Positions 42,443-51,630 of a DNA stretch of 64,000 nt are shown piece by piece. A program made the translations under genes and the position numbers. The stretch's first letter is position 1. The number at the start of each line of letters is the position of its first letter. A model generated the notes under the pieces. The model made no database searches and was not told the DNA's origin. It saw only the letters and a program-made list of their open reading frames with translations. Origin of the DNA: Candidatus Micrarchaeota archaeon (GTDB lineage Archaea; Micrarchaeota; Micrarchaeia; Micrarchaeales; CABMGC01); assembly GCA_028867025.1 (NCBI GenBank), contig JAGWHC010000001.1, positions 574,595-638,594 on the forward strand, written 5' to 3'.

Positions 42443-42856
42443 GTGATTGGTATGAAGAGCTGCATTTTCTGCAAGATGCCCGAAAGCGAGATTGCAAGGA
42501 GAATATACCAAGACAGGGTCTGCAACGTGATACTAAACAGGTATCCTGTAGAAAAGGGGCACATTCTTGTCATCTCGAAGAAGCACTATCTAGATATGCT
42601 CTCCACTCCGGACAGCGTCATATCGCACATGTTCAAGGTCGCCAAGAGGTTCGGGAAAATCGACAAGAGGAAGATGAAGAGCATGGGGATGGACATCGGA
42701 GTCAACGTGGGCGGGGCCGGCTCGATACGCCACTTCCACATACACATACTGCCGAGATACAGCAACCGCATGCTTCACTTTGCGTCAGTTAAAACCAGGA
42801 GGAACGAGATACGCAAGGACGAGGTGAAGGAACTCACGCGCCTTCTCAAGCTCTAG
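42443..42856 (+). CDS. HIT (histidine triad) family nucleotide hydrolase/transferase
   Basis: CIFC near the N-terminus and HFHIHILPR. Confidence 0.85.
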   Translation: MIGMKSCIFCKMPESEIARRIYQDRVCNVILNRYPVEKGHILVISKKHYLDMLSTPDSVISHMFKVAKRFGKIDKRKMKSMGMDIGVNVGGAGSIRHFHIHILPRYSNRMLHFASVKTRRNEIRKDEVKELTRLLKL

Positions 42857-43157
42857 CCAAAGCGCCTTCCTGCCTCAGCATCCTTTCCTTGGTCTTCGTG
42901 CCGCCCCTGCCTGAGTAGTCGCCAAGGCTTCCATCGCTTTTTACCACCCTGTGGCAGGGTATCGTTGGCGCGAGCGGATTGATTCTCATCACGCTGCCTA
43001 CGGCGCGGTAGGCATGCGGCCTGTGCACCGCAGCGGCTATCTGCTTGTAGGTGCGCGTCTCGCCCTTCGGAATTGCGGCAGTCGCAATCAGGACCTCCTT
43101 CTGGAAGGAAGTCAGATCGTATTTCCCAAGAAGTTCCTTTGCTTTTGCAGCCTTCAT
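42846..43157 (-). CDS. ogt: Methylated-DNA--protein-cysteine methyltransferase
   Basis: IPCHRVV active site. The ORF opens at 43277; Met at 43157 (MKAAKAKELL) gives the usual short form. Confidence 0.8.
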   Translation of the reverse strand: MKAAKAKELLGKYDLTSFQKEVLIATAAIPKGETRTYKQIAAAVHRPHAYRAVGSVMRINPLAPTIPCHRVVKSDGSLGDYSGRGGTKTKERMLRQEGALARA

Positions 43158-43237
43158 GCCTGATTGTAGGCGCAATCTAATTAATAACTTTTCAAGTCGT
43201 GAGCAAGACATATATGTGTTGATGGTGTTAGCCAAGT

Positions 43238-43507
43238 GTGATAAGCATGGACAAACTGAGCGTGAAAGGTCTGGCACTGGGGATTGGCGTACCCTGGGCG
43301 TTGTGCGTCCTCGTGGGCGGATGGACGTCTCCTATCTGGGCATCGGGCTTCGTGCAGGTGTTTTCTACTGTCTACCCGGGCTACGGCGCCGGGTTTGTGG
43401 GCGGCATAATAGGAGGTATTGAGGCTTTCTTTGATGGCGCGATAGCCGGGGCAATAATAGCCCTGATATACAACTGGACAATTGCGCCAAGCAAAAGGCG
43501 CAGGTAA
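43238..43507 (+). CDS. Small Gly-rich membrane protein, unknown function
   Basis: 89 aa with two or three hydrophobic Gly-rich helices. Confidence 0.4.
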   Translation: MISMDKLSVKGLALGIGVPWALCVLVGGWTSPIWASGFVQVFSTVYPGYGAGFVGGIIGGIEAFFDGAIAGAIIALIYNWTIAPSKRRR

Positions 43508-43545
43508 GGCAGCAAGCATAAAAAATGTTCACCTAGTGAGCTGGA

Positions 43546-43617
43546 AGCCTCAGGAGGGGATTGAACCCTCGACTTCCAGTTTACAAAACTGGCGCTCTAC
43601 CACTGAGCTACTGAGGC
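43546..43617 (-). tRNA. tRNA-Thr (anticodon UGU)
   Basis: Hand fold: GCCUCAG/CUGAGGC acceptor; D arm GCUC-AGUGGUA-GAGC; anticodon arm CCAGU-UUUGUAA-ACUGG; T arm GAGGG-UUCAAUC-CCCUC. Discriminator U. Confidence 0.9.
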
Positions 43618-43685
43618 ATGCTAATAGCTATGGTTTAAACCTTTTAAGCGCTTGCGCTGAGACTTAGAGCAATCGCATAGCCAGG

Positions 43686-44036
43686 TCACTTTCTTATCGG
43701 CGGGTACTCAAAATCCGTGTGCTGCGGCCCCATGTGGTCGAAGCTCGTGCCCGCGATCTCCTCAAGATTCTCCCTCAGTACGCCAGGCTGCTTCTTTCCC
43801 CACTCCGCGCCTTCGTTAGATCTGGCATCAAGCAGTTTTCTCCTCGCACCCTCTATGTGCACAGACGGCATTCCCGACACTACTTTCTCTGCGCATCTCT
43901 CGATGCCATCCAGCAATATGGGGTTGACACTGCCTCTGCTCCTTGCTATCTGGTTTACTTCTGACACGGCTATCCAGATTACTCCACCACGTATCTTTAA
44001 AAATGCCCTTTCGGAGTGCGTCACGAAACGTAGCAT
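43686..44036 (-). CDS. Hypothetical protein
   Basis: 116 aa, soluble. No motif recognised. Confidence 0.35.
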   Translation of the reverse strand: MLRFVTHSERAFLKIRGGVIWIAVSEVNQIARSRGSVNPILLDGIERCAEKVVSGMPSVHIEGARRKLLDARSNEGAEWGKKQPGVLRENLEEIAGTSFDHMGPQHTDFEYPPIRK

Positions 44037-44096
44037 TTCGGCGTTCGTCGAGAGATAAGGTAAAAAAGGTTAATCGTCGACTATCTACAGAATTGC

Positions 44097-45149
44097 ATGC
44101 GGGTTCTGCTTGTCGGCAGGGATTTCGACTTCAGCGGAGGCGACGGCATAAGCAGGTACTCTGCGGAGATGTACAAGGGTCTGTCCAGGCGCGTGCAGCT
44201 CAGGATCATAGCGACGCAGAAGCTGCCCAGGACAATGCGCGTCTTCTATCCGGTCAGCGCGAAGAGCGAGGACATAGTGCACCTGATGTATCCTGACGTG
44301 CTCAAGGTGAGCAAGGGCGACGCCAGTATGCTCACGATGTGGCACGACATGAGAGTGTTCACGAAATACTCTGAGGGAAGCCAGCAGCGCTACAAACCCA
44401 AGCTGGTAGAGAGGTTCAACATCGCAAGCTCGATAATCAAGAGCTGGGCCGTGGGAAACTACCACCAGAGCGACGCGCTACTGTACAACAGCAGCCAGAC
44501 GCTGAAGGAGCTCAGTGCGTACATGAGGAAGCACGGGTTCTACGAGCGCGGCAAGTCGCATGCGGTGATACCTCTAGGGGTCGATCCCGCTTTCCTTCGC
44601 TCCAGGGTCTGGGACGGTGAGCGAAAGGATTTCGCGTACATAGGTTCCATACATCTGAAGCACAAGAACCTCACCGGAATGCTGCGCGTTTTCGAGAGGA
44701 TAGCCGCAAGGAGCGATTCCAGGCTGCACGTATTCACCTCCAGCATTGACGCGCAAATGATACTGAAAGAGCACATGAAGCATTTCAAGGGACTCTCTGA
44801 CAGCAACGTGATACTGCACTTCAGGGCCTCAGACGCTGTGGTGGCTCGGTACCTGCAGACGCTCGCCGGATACCTGCACCTCTCCAAGTACGAGGGCCAG
44901 GGCATACCGATACTCGAAGCGATCGCCGCAGGCACAAACGCACTGACGCTCAAGGGCAGCACGATACCTCCGGAGACCACCCGGTACGCATTCAGGGGCA
45001 CCGAGGCTGAGATAGTGGAAAAGGCGATAAGCCTGGCGCAGGATTCAAGGTCCGCATCAAAGCAGGCGGTAAAGTACGCGCGCAGCTTCACATGGGAGCG
45101 CACGGTCAAGGAAACTATGGATGTTTATAGGAGACTGCTCGGAAGATAA
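44097..45149 (+). CDS. GT-B glycosyltransferase (GT4/Glycos_transf_1-like)
   Basis: 350 aa. MRVLLVGRDF...GGDGISRY, and C-terminal LSKYEGQGIPILEAIAAGT (E-x7-E region). Confidence 0.7.
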   Translation: MRVLLVGRDFDFSGGDGISRYSAEMYKGLSRRVQLRIIATQKLPRTMRVFYPVSAKSEDIVHLMYPDVLKVSKGDASMLTMWHDMRVFTKYSEGSQQRYKPKLVERFNIASSIIKSWAVGNYHQSDALLYNSSQTLKELSAYMRKHGFYERGKSHAVIPLGVDPAFLRSRVWDGERKDFAYIGSIHLKHKNLTGMLRVFERIAARSDSRLHVFTSSIDAQMILKEHMKHFKGLSDSNVILHFRASDAVVARYLQTLAGYLHLSKYEGQGIPILEAIAAGTNALTLKGSTIPPETTRYAFRGTEAEIVEKAISLAQDSRSASKQAVKYARSFTWERTVKETMDVYRRLLGR

Positions 45150-45154
45150 CCGCG

Positions 45155-45400
45155 CTAATAGATCCTACGCTTCCTTGCCCATCTGTCGAAGAGGATTATG
45201 ACCTTAGAGGTGACGTATGCAAGCGCCAAGTCATAAGGTATTGAGAAGATAAAGTACTCTTCCCATTGAGTAAGGTTATAGCTGAGGATCAGTCCGAATG
45301 GTGACCAGAAAACCATCCACACCACCTCTGTGAATAGCGTCAGTATTATGACCTCTCTTGAAAATCTCCCGACATTGAATTTCGGCTTTTTGGCAGCCAT
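45155..45400 (-). CDS. Small membrane protein, unknown function
   Basis: 81 aa with two TM helices. Confidence 0.35.
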   Translation of the reverse strand: MAAKKPKFNVGRFSREVIILTLFTEVVWMVFWSPFGLILSYNLTQWEEYFIFSIPYDLALAYVTSKVIILFDRWARKRRIY

Positions 45401-45459
45401 CTTATCGGATCATAGTTGCGCAGCAACCTTATTATATTTCTCTCGACAAAAACAGAACC

Positions 45460-48400
45460 ATGATGCAGGCGAGCGAACTCAAGGGCGCTGTTCCCAACGA
45501 GATGTTCGAGACTCTCGAGCAGCGCGGCATAAAGAGCCTCACCCCGCCGCAGGAGATGGCACTTAAGCGCGGCCTGCTCAACGGAGGCAGCATGGTAGTG
45601 GCTTCTCCCACCGCGAGCGGAAAGACGTTCATAGCCGAAATGGCAATGATCAACAGCGTGATCAGGAACAGGAAGAAGGCCGTTTACGTTGCGCCAATGC
45701 GAGCCCTCGTGAGCGAGAAGTACGAGGAGCTCAAGTCAGCTTATCCTTTCCTGAAGATAGCCATGTCAATAGGCGATCTTGATTCCCTTGACCCGTGGCT
45801 CTCCGGCTATGACATAATATTCGCCTCGACCGAGAAGCTGGACAGCCTGATAAGGCACGGGCTCAACTGGCTCGACGACGTGGGCTGCGTTGTGATAGAC
45901 GAGGTGCACATGCTCGACGACGCAAGCCGCGGACCTACCCTTGAGATACTCATGACCAAGCTGCGCAGGCTGTGCAAGAGCGCCCAGATACTTGCGCTCA
46001 GCGCCACGATAGGGAACGCTAAGGAGATAGCCGAATGGCTCGGCGCAGAGCTTGTCGAGAGCGACTACAGACCGGTGAGGCTGGAGAAGGGCGTGACGTT
46101 CAGCGGCAAAGCCTACTATCTTGACAGAGAGGAGGAGCTCGAAGGTGCTAGCTCCATACCCGAGATAAGGATAGTGCAAGATACGCTGGAAAGGGGCAAG
46201 CAGATACTTGTGTTCTATGGGACAAAACGCAACGCTGAGGCAAGTGCGGAAAGGCTGTCGCAGGTAGTCAGCGAAAAGCTCTCGCCAACTGAGCGCGCAA
46301 AGCTCGCAGAACTAAGCGACGACATTCTGCATGCGCTCGGCAAGCCCACAGCGCAGTGCGAGAAGGAGGCGAAGTTGGTTGCGAAGGGCGTGGCATTCCA
46401 CCACAGCGGGCTTGTCAACGCGCAGAGGCATGCTATAGAGGACGCGTTCAAGAGCAACGCACTCAAAGTAATTTGTGCTACACCTACTTTGTGTTTGCCT
46501 GCAGATCAAGATATTCTCTGCTTCAATCCTGGCCCTAACCCCATAAGTAATATTAAAACCGGCGATAAAGTTTTATCAAAAAACGGGAGCTTCGAACAAG
46601 TCATAATTCCCACAAAACGCCAATTTGATGGAAACCTTATCAACGTAATTCCATATGGGCAATTTGGAATGAAAATGACTCCGGAACATAGGGTTTTATC
46701 ATGCAGGAGAAAAATGCATTCTATCCACTCAAAAACAATCAATAAGAAATGGCGGACCTATTCTGCTCCAGAGTGGATTGAGGCTGGAAATCTTAAAGCA
46801 AGCGATATGGTTCTCTTCCCTAGAATAAAAGAAGCTAGAAGCCTAAAGAAACTAAAATTGCCAGAAAGAGGGCCTACTGCCAACCAAACCGGAGTCGTTG
46901 GTACGCATTGGACACAGCTTTTGGTTGGTGCGCTTAAATTGGACAGTAAAACCCTAGAGGCGATGGGGTTGTTTATAGCCGAAGGTTCAACGGGCAGAAA
47001 TGGAGTGATAAACTTCGATATCAATACAAAGGAAGAGGACCTTACAAAGATAATTGTAGAATGGTTCGCAGGCATCGGTCTAAAATACACTGTTAAAGAC
47101 CAAGAGAGGCATAGAAGACGCGTTCGGGCCTGTTCGAAGCAGATAGCAGCTAAATTCAGAGAGCTATTTGGAACCAACGCTCACAATAAGCACATACCTT
47201 CAGAATTTATGTTTTTACCCAAAGGCAGCCTTTTGCACCTCGTAAGAGGAATGTGGTTGGGTGACGGAAGCCTTTCAGTGAAAATTGGTGGTAACGAATC
47301 AAGGTATTCAACAGTTTCTAAGGTATTGGCGCATCAGTTGTTTGCAATTTTAGTTAAACTGGGATACATGCCGCGCATCTCGAAGAAAAAGAACACAGGA
47401 TTTGGAAATTTGGGTCTCCCAAAGGACGTTTTTGTTCTAGGAATCTCTGGAAGACAGTTGAAGAAATTTACAAACGATGTGCTCAATAAGAAAGTAAATT
47501 TTCTAGGAAATAGGGATTACAACTTAGGCCATATCGACAAGAACTATTACTACATGCCTATCAGAAAAATAGAAACATTATCCTATTCGGGTACCGTTTA
47601 TAATCTCGAAGTTGAAAAAGAGTCGAGTTATGTCGGTTCATTCATAGTTCATAATTCATTAGGCGTCAACCTCCCCGCTCACACCGTACTGGTTAGGGAC
47701 ACAAGCAGATACAGCGAGGGCATGGGCTCGGAGAAGCTGAGCGTCAACGAAGTGACGCAACTGTTCGGAAGGGCAGGTAGGCCGAAGTACGACAAGGAAG
47801 GCAGGGGCCTGCTCATAGCAAAGGCACACGCGGAGATAATGGACCTGTACGAGAGGTACATAAACGCCAAGCTTGAGCCGATAAGTTCCAAGCTCGGGAT
47901 GCAGCCGATCCTTCGGATGCACGTGCTCGCTTTCATAGCCACGCGCATGCTGAAGACAAAGGAGGGCATACACGCTTTCCTGCGCGAAACGCTCTACGGC
48001 TATCAGTTCGCCAACACGCACGAGCTTGATGTGATACTCACCAATGTGCTCAGCGAACTCGAGGCATGGAGATTCATAGAAAGAAAGGGCAGTGTATACG
48101 AACCCACGCGCATAGGTCAGAGGGTGAGCGAGCTCTACATAGACCCGCTCTCTGCGAAGTGGCTGATAGACACGCTGCCCAAGGTCACGGACGATGTAGG
48201 CTACCTGTTCACCATCTGCAACACGCTCGAGATGAGGCCGCATGTCAAGGCGACTGAGGAGGCGTTCGAGCTGCTTCCAGGCTACGACCTTCTACTCGAG
48301 GGCTCTGTCATCAACTATGAGGTGGACGAGCCCGAAAAATCGCTCGGCACTGCGCTCGCCCTCCGCGACTGGGCCAACGAGACCCCGGAGAGGGACATAG

Positions 48401-48723
48401 TGAAGAGCTACAACACAACTCCCGGAACGCTGTTCGTGAAGCTGAACAACGCAGACTGGATGCTGTACGCGAGTACAGAGCTCGCAAAGCTGCTGCATCT
48501 CGGGGTCGCGCGCATGCTTGAGCTAAGGGTCAGGACAAAGTACGGAGTGAGGAAGGAGCTGCTCGATCTCATACGCCTCGAGCAGGTCGGAAGGGTGAGG
48601 GCCAGGCTGATGTACAACAATGGCATAAAACGGGTGGCAGACCTCAGGCTTCCGGGTTCAGCGGAAAAAGTGCAGAGGCTCTTCGGCAAGGAAGTGGCAA
48701 AGAAGATACTGGAGCAACTGTAA
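45460..48723 (+). CDS. hel308: Hel308/Hjm (Ski2-like) DNA helicase interrupted by an intein
   Basis: Walker A SPTASGKT and a DEVH box (VVIDEVHMLDD). Motif V is split as ATPTL | intein | SLGVNLPA. The C-terminal ratchet/HhH region ends GIKRVADLRLPGS. Confidence 0.9.
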   Translation: MMQASELKGAVPNEMFETLEQRGIKSLTPPQEMALKRGLLNGGSMVVASPTASGKTFIAEMAMINSVIRNRKKAVYVAPMRALVSEKYEELKSAYPFLKIAMSIGDLDSLDPWLSGYDIIFASTEKLDSLIRHGLNWLDDVGCVVIDEVHMLDDASRGPTLEILMTKLRRLCKSAQILALSATIGNAKEIAEWLGAELVESDYRPVRLEKGVTFSGKAYYLDREEELEGASSIPEIRIVQDTLERGKQILVFYGTKRNAEASAERLSQVVSEKLSPTERAKLAELSDDILHALGKPTAQCEKEAKLVAKGVAFHHSGLVNAQRHAIEDAFKSNALKVICATPTLCLPADQDILCFNPGPNPISNIKTGDKVLSKNGSFEQVIIPTKRQFDGNLINVIPYGQFGMKMTPEHRVLSCRRKMHSIHSKTINKKWRTYSAPEWIEAGNLKASDMVLFPRIKEARSLKKLKLPERGPTANQTGVVGTHWTQLLVGALKLDSKTLEAMGLFIAEGSTGRNGVINFDINTKEEDLTKIIVEWFAGIGLKYTVKDQERHRRRVRACSKQIAAKFRELFGTNAHNKHIPSEFMFLPKGSLLHLVRGMWLGDGSLSVKIGGNESRYSTVSKVLAHQLFAILVKLGYMPRISKKKNTGFGNLGLPKDVFVLGISGRQLKKFTNDVLNKKVNFLGNRDYNLGHIDKNYYYMPIRKIETLSYSGTVYNLEVEKESSYVGSFIVHNSLGVNLPAHTVLVRDTSRYSEGMGSEKLSVNEVTQLFGRAGRPKYDKEGRGLLIAKAHAEIMDLYERYINAKLEPISSKLGMQPILRMHVLAFIATRMLKTKEGIHAFLRETLYGYQFANTHELDVILTNVLSELEAWRFIERKGSVYEPTRIGQRVSELYIDPLSAKWLIDTLPKVTDDVGYLFTICNTLEMRPHVKATEEAFELLPGYDLLLEGSVINYEVDEPEKSLGTALALRDWANETPERDIVKSYNTTPGTLFVKLNNADWMLYASTELAKLLHLGVARMLELRVRTKYGVRKELLDLIRLEQVGRVRARLMYNNGIKRVADLRLPGSAEKVQRLFGKEVAKKILEQL
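46492..47655 (+). mobile_element. Intein (388 aa) with LAGLIDADG homing endonuclease domain
   Basis: Starts at Cys345 (CLPADQDILCF...GDKVLS). Block B is MKMTPEHRVLS. LAGLIDADG motifs are GLFIAEGS and GMWLGDGSLS. Ends VYNLEVEKESSYVGSFIVHN, followed by Ser +1. AT-rich island. Confidence 0.9.
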
Positions 48724-48827
48724 TCAGCAATCTCATGAAACACTAGCAACAAGTCCGCAAACTCCAAATAGGCTCAGAGCGACTTTACCAGTAAATCGAG
48801 AACAAGGAAAAGGTTAAAAAGCTGATG

Positions 48828-48837
48828 CATTATATAG
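48828..48837 (+). promoter_or_regulatory. TATA box (CATTATATAG) for sepF
   Basis: Centred about 26 nt before the ATG at 48859, implying a leaderless or near-leaderless transcript. Confidence 0.4.
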
Positions 48838-48858
48838 TTGATTGCGACCGGTGAAAAA

Positions 48859-49239
48859 ATGGGAGTTTTCGACAAACTAGGACAAGCCTTTGGCGTTGCT
48901 TCTTCCAAGGAGCTGAACATAGAAGAGTACATGAACTCAGCTGAGATGGACGAAGTGGACGTGATGCATGAGCCAGCGGACATGTATGTGAAGCCCGTGT
49001 CTATATCCAGCGAGGACGAGCTGAAGCTGATAGAGGACGAGCTTGCAAAGAAGAACATACTGCTGCTTAGCATTGAGGAACTGCAGAAGAGGCCCACGAC
49101 GAGGAACAACGTTATTGCGAACCTCAAGGCCTACGTCACAAAGATAAACGGCGACATAGCGCAGATTGACGACACGCGCATACTCCTCACGCCTGCGAAG
49201 GTAAAGATAATAAAAAGGAAGAAGCCAGCGCAGCAGTAG
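48859..49239 (+). CDS. sepF: SepF-like cell division protein (FtsZ membrane anchor)
   Basis: MGVFDKLGQAFG amphipathic N-terminus. DUF552-like core (DMYVKPVSISSEDELKLIEDELAKKNILLLSIEEL...GDIAQIDDTRILLTP). The ORF opens at 48838. Confidence 0.7.
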   Translation: MGVFDKLGQAFGVASSKELNIEEYMNSAEMDEVDVMHEPADMYVKPVSISSEDELKLIEDELAKKNILLLSIEELQKRPTTRNNVIANLKAYVTKINGDIAQIDDTRILLTPAKVKIIKRKKPAQQ

Positions 49240-49243
49240 GCGG

Positions 49244-49933
49244 CTATTTTAGCGCTGTTATCAGTGCATGCAGCTCCGGCTCTGTCGGCTGCGATTTCCT
49301 TACCATACGCCTGAACGCCCCGAGAACAGCCTTCCTGTTCCTCATGCTTTTCCTGCTTATCATGCTCTCGAACAGCGAGAGCAGCTTTCGCACCTCCCTC
49401 GCATCAGGCTTCTTCTCCCTCATGCCCTCCTCATTGTGCGTGCGCAGCTCTCCGCGCCTTAGCAGATACAAGAACACGGCTATGGCGTGCGAGATGTTCA
49501 TCACCGGATATTCAGGACTGGTTCCTATGTAGGCGAGCATGTCGCATTTCTCGATCTCCTCGCCGCGCAGTCCGGTGTCGTCCCTCCCCATCAGCAGTCC
49601 GACAGTCGCATTGCTTTTCATCTTCCTTATCCTTGCGACAGCGTCCTCTGCGAAATAGATGCGCCTGAAACTCGCCTTCGCCTTCTGCCTTATGCCGGTT
49701 GTTCCAAGCAGCAGGTCGCAATCGCGCGATGCCTCGTCAAGTGTTTTGCAGATCTTCGCCCCCTCAAGCAGCCTGTATGCGTGCTTCGCGTACATCCTTG
49801 CCTGCTTGCCGTCAGGTCTCGCCCTCGGGTTTATCAGATAGAGCTTTCCCACCCCGAAGTTCATCGCTGTCCTGGCTATATAGCCGAGGTTGACCTGATA
49901 CTTGGGTTCCATCAGTATTAGCTTGATGTGCAT
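49244..49933 (-). CDS. SpoU/TrmH-family RNA 2'-O-methyltransferase
   Basis: LMEPKYQVNLGYIARTAMNFGVGKLYLINPRA and C-terminal MNISHAIAVFLY, consistent with the SPOUT knot region. Confidence 0.7.
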   Translation of the reverse strand: MHIKLILMEPKYQVNLGYIARTAMNFGVGKLYLINPRARPDGKQARMYAKHAYRLLEGAKICKTLDEASRDCDLLLGTTGIRQKAKASFRRIYFAEDAVARIRKMKSNATVGLLMGRDDTGLRGEEIEKCDMLAYIGTSPEYPVMNISHAIAVFLYLLRRGELRTHNEEGMREKKPDAREVRKLLSLFESMISRKSMRNRKAVLGAFRRMVRKSQPTEPELHALITALK

Positions 49934-49948
49934 GCCAGCGCCAGATGC

Positions 49949-50584
49949 TCAGAATGTTGTGACAAGCGTCAACAGGTTGACAAGCATGTGCGCCACTATC
50001 GACGGATACAGCGAGCCTGTTTTCTTGTACACATAACCTGCAAGCAGCCCGAAGATGAAAGCGGCGATGAACTCTATCGCGAAGGTGGAATCGTAGCTGA
50101 GGTGCGGTATGGCGAAGAATATGGCGCTGAGGAAGATGCCGAGCCGCGGCACAAGCAGCCCGCGGAAGAGCACCTCCTCGTTTACCGGTGCAACTATCGA
50201 GGCGAAAATGATGAACCATGTAGGTGCGCCAGCGAAGAGAAGCGCCACGTTTGTGTTTATCTGCACGCCGGTGACGCTGCTCGCGATACCTATGGCAATC
50301 TCGAGCATGAAGATTATGAAGAAAAGAAGCAGGCCCAGGCCGATGTTGCCGAGGGTCAGCCTGCTGCCTCCGAGTCCCAGCCTAGCAGCTATCCCCTTCC
50401 TGCTCTTGTCTACGGCGTAGAGGTAGAAGAGGGTGCTCGCGGTGAACGAGAGGGATACCGCTGCAGTGGAGAGGAAGTTGAGCGTGCCATAGTCTATGTA
50501 CGAGAGGGTGTAGAGCAGAACCGGAATGGCGTTGAATGCCAGCAGGAAGACTATGAGTATTATTATGAAGTATACGGCGCGCAT
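49949..50584 (-). CDS. CPBP-family intramembrane glutamic endopeptidase (CAAX protease-like)
   Basis: EEVLFRGLL, FAIPHL and HMLVNL motifs. The ORF-track entry extends to 50902 through an Arg-rich stretch that overlaps rps27ae out of frame. Met at 50584 is preferred. Confidence 0.7.
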   Translation of the reverse strand: MRAVYFIIILIVFLLAFNAIPVLLYTLSYIDYGTLNFLSTAAVSLSFTASTLFYLYAVDKSRKGIAARLGLGGSRLTLGNIGLGLLLFFIIFMLEIAIGIASSVTGVQINTNVALLFAGAPTWFIIFASIVAPVNEEVLFRGLLVPRLGIFLSAIFFAIPHLSYDSTFAIEFIAAFIFGLLAGYVYKKTGSLYPSIVAHMLVNLLTLVTTF

Positions 50585-50622
50585 TATCGCAGTAGTGGGG
50601 TCCTTTTTCGCTTGCAAGAGCT

Positions 50623-50790
50623 CTACCTGCCCTTCTCCTTCCATTCGGTGAAGCCGCACTTCCCGCACGCGTATCTGTCCTTGTGGTCGGCCATCCTCGA
50701 GCCGCACTTCGGGCAGAATTTTGCCGCAGGCTTGTACGGCTTTATGACCTTCTTCTTCGCCTCCTTCTTTACAGCTTTTTCCTCTGCCAT
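50623..50790 (-). CDS. rps27ae: Ribosomal protein S27ae (eS31), 55 aa zinc ribbon
   Basis: Below the ORF-track cutoff. Hand translation: [55 protein letters not shown]. Canonical position after S24e. Confidence 0.85.
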   Translation of the reverse strand: MAEEKAVKKEAKKKVIKPYKPAAKFCPKCGSRMADHKDRYACGKCGFTEWKEKGR

Positions 50791-50798
50791 AAGCCCGC

Positions 50799-51158
50799 CT
50801 ACTTGGCCTCGCCCTCCTTGGCCTGCGCGGCCTGCGGCGCTGCCGCTGCGGTCTGCTGCGCAGGCGCCTTCTCCTTCTTCTTGTTGGGCCTTGAGACCGC
50901 ATGCTTCTGCGCTATGCGCATCGCCTCCTTGTCCTTGTACTCGTGCACGAGCACGCTGCCTTCCATGGTGCCGTAGTCCTGCTGCGTCCTCACAACCACA
51001 AGATTCTCCTGCTTGAGGTTCAGCTTGTCAGCCAGCACCCTCTTTATCTCCTCGCGCGAAGGCGTCGGGCCCTCGAACTCGAGCGAGACCAGCAGCTCCC
51101 TGCGCTTCAGCAGCTTGTTGTCGAAATCCTTCTCTATGTTTGCTCTTTTTATTCCCAT
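50799..51158 (-). CDS. rps24e: Ribosomal protein S24e (eS24)
   Basis: [44 protein letters not shown] matches the archaeal S24e pattern. Confidence 0.85.
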   Translation of the reverse strand: MGIKRANIEKDFDNKLLKRRELLVSLEFEGPTPSREEIKRVLADKLNLKQENLVVVRTQQDYGTMEGSVLVHEYKDKEAMRIAQKHAVSRPNKKKEKAPAQQTAAAAPQAAQAKEGEAK

Positions 51159-51598
51159 CAGCCACCACCTACCATTCTAGTTATCGCCTTCCTTCCCATC
51201 GTCTCCAGGACCTCGACCTCCGCTCCCGCCTTGATCGAACCCTTCAGCTCCGCGGGTATCACAGAATCGAATATCTCATAGCTCTCAAGATCCATAAGCT
51301 GCGCGGTGTTCTCGCTTATCGAGACCACCTGCGCCCTCTTCTTCAGTATCTCAGGCACAGGTACCTCCCCGTGTCCCGACAGCAGAAGCGTCTTCTTAGC
51401 TCCGTCGAAGATGCCCACTGCGGTAATCCTGGACTTCGCCGCTCCGTGCTTGCCCGGCGCAGAAGTCTCTATCTCGACTATCCTGCAGGGTATGCCGTCT
51501 ATTATGATGAAGCTGCCCTTGCCTATCTCCTTCGCAGACTTAAGGTTGTAGTTCGTTTCCTCTGCCAAATGACCACTAACAAAATCCAGACTAGACAA
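51158..51598 (-). CDS. eif5a: Translation initiation factor 5A (aIF5A)
   Basis: Hypusine loop TSAPGKHGAAK. 146 aa. Confidence 0.9.
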   Translation of the reverse strand: MSSLDFVSGHLAEETNYNLKSAKEIGKGSFIIIDGIPCRIVEIETSAPGKHGAAKSRITAVGIFDGAKKTLLLSGHGEVPVPEILKKRAQVVSISENTAQLMDLESYEIFDSVIPAELKGSIKAGAEVEVLETMGRKAITRMVGGG

Positions 51599-51630
51599 GA
51601 TAAGGAAAGAAAGTTAAAATACCTTGCCGC

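Noticed and set aside
49928-51016. Plus-strand 362-aa ORF and other plus-strand ORFs (50901-51281, 51140-51895) across the CPBP/S27ae/S24e/aIF5A region.
   Set aside because: The opposite strand encodes recognisable conserved proteins over the same span. The plus-strand products are Arg/Ala/Pro/Leu-rich, low-complexity shadows.
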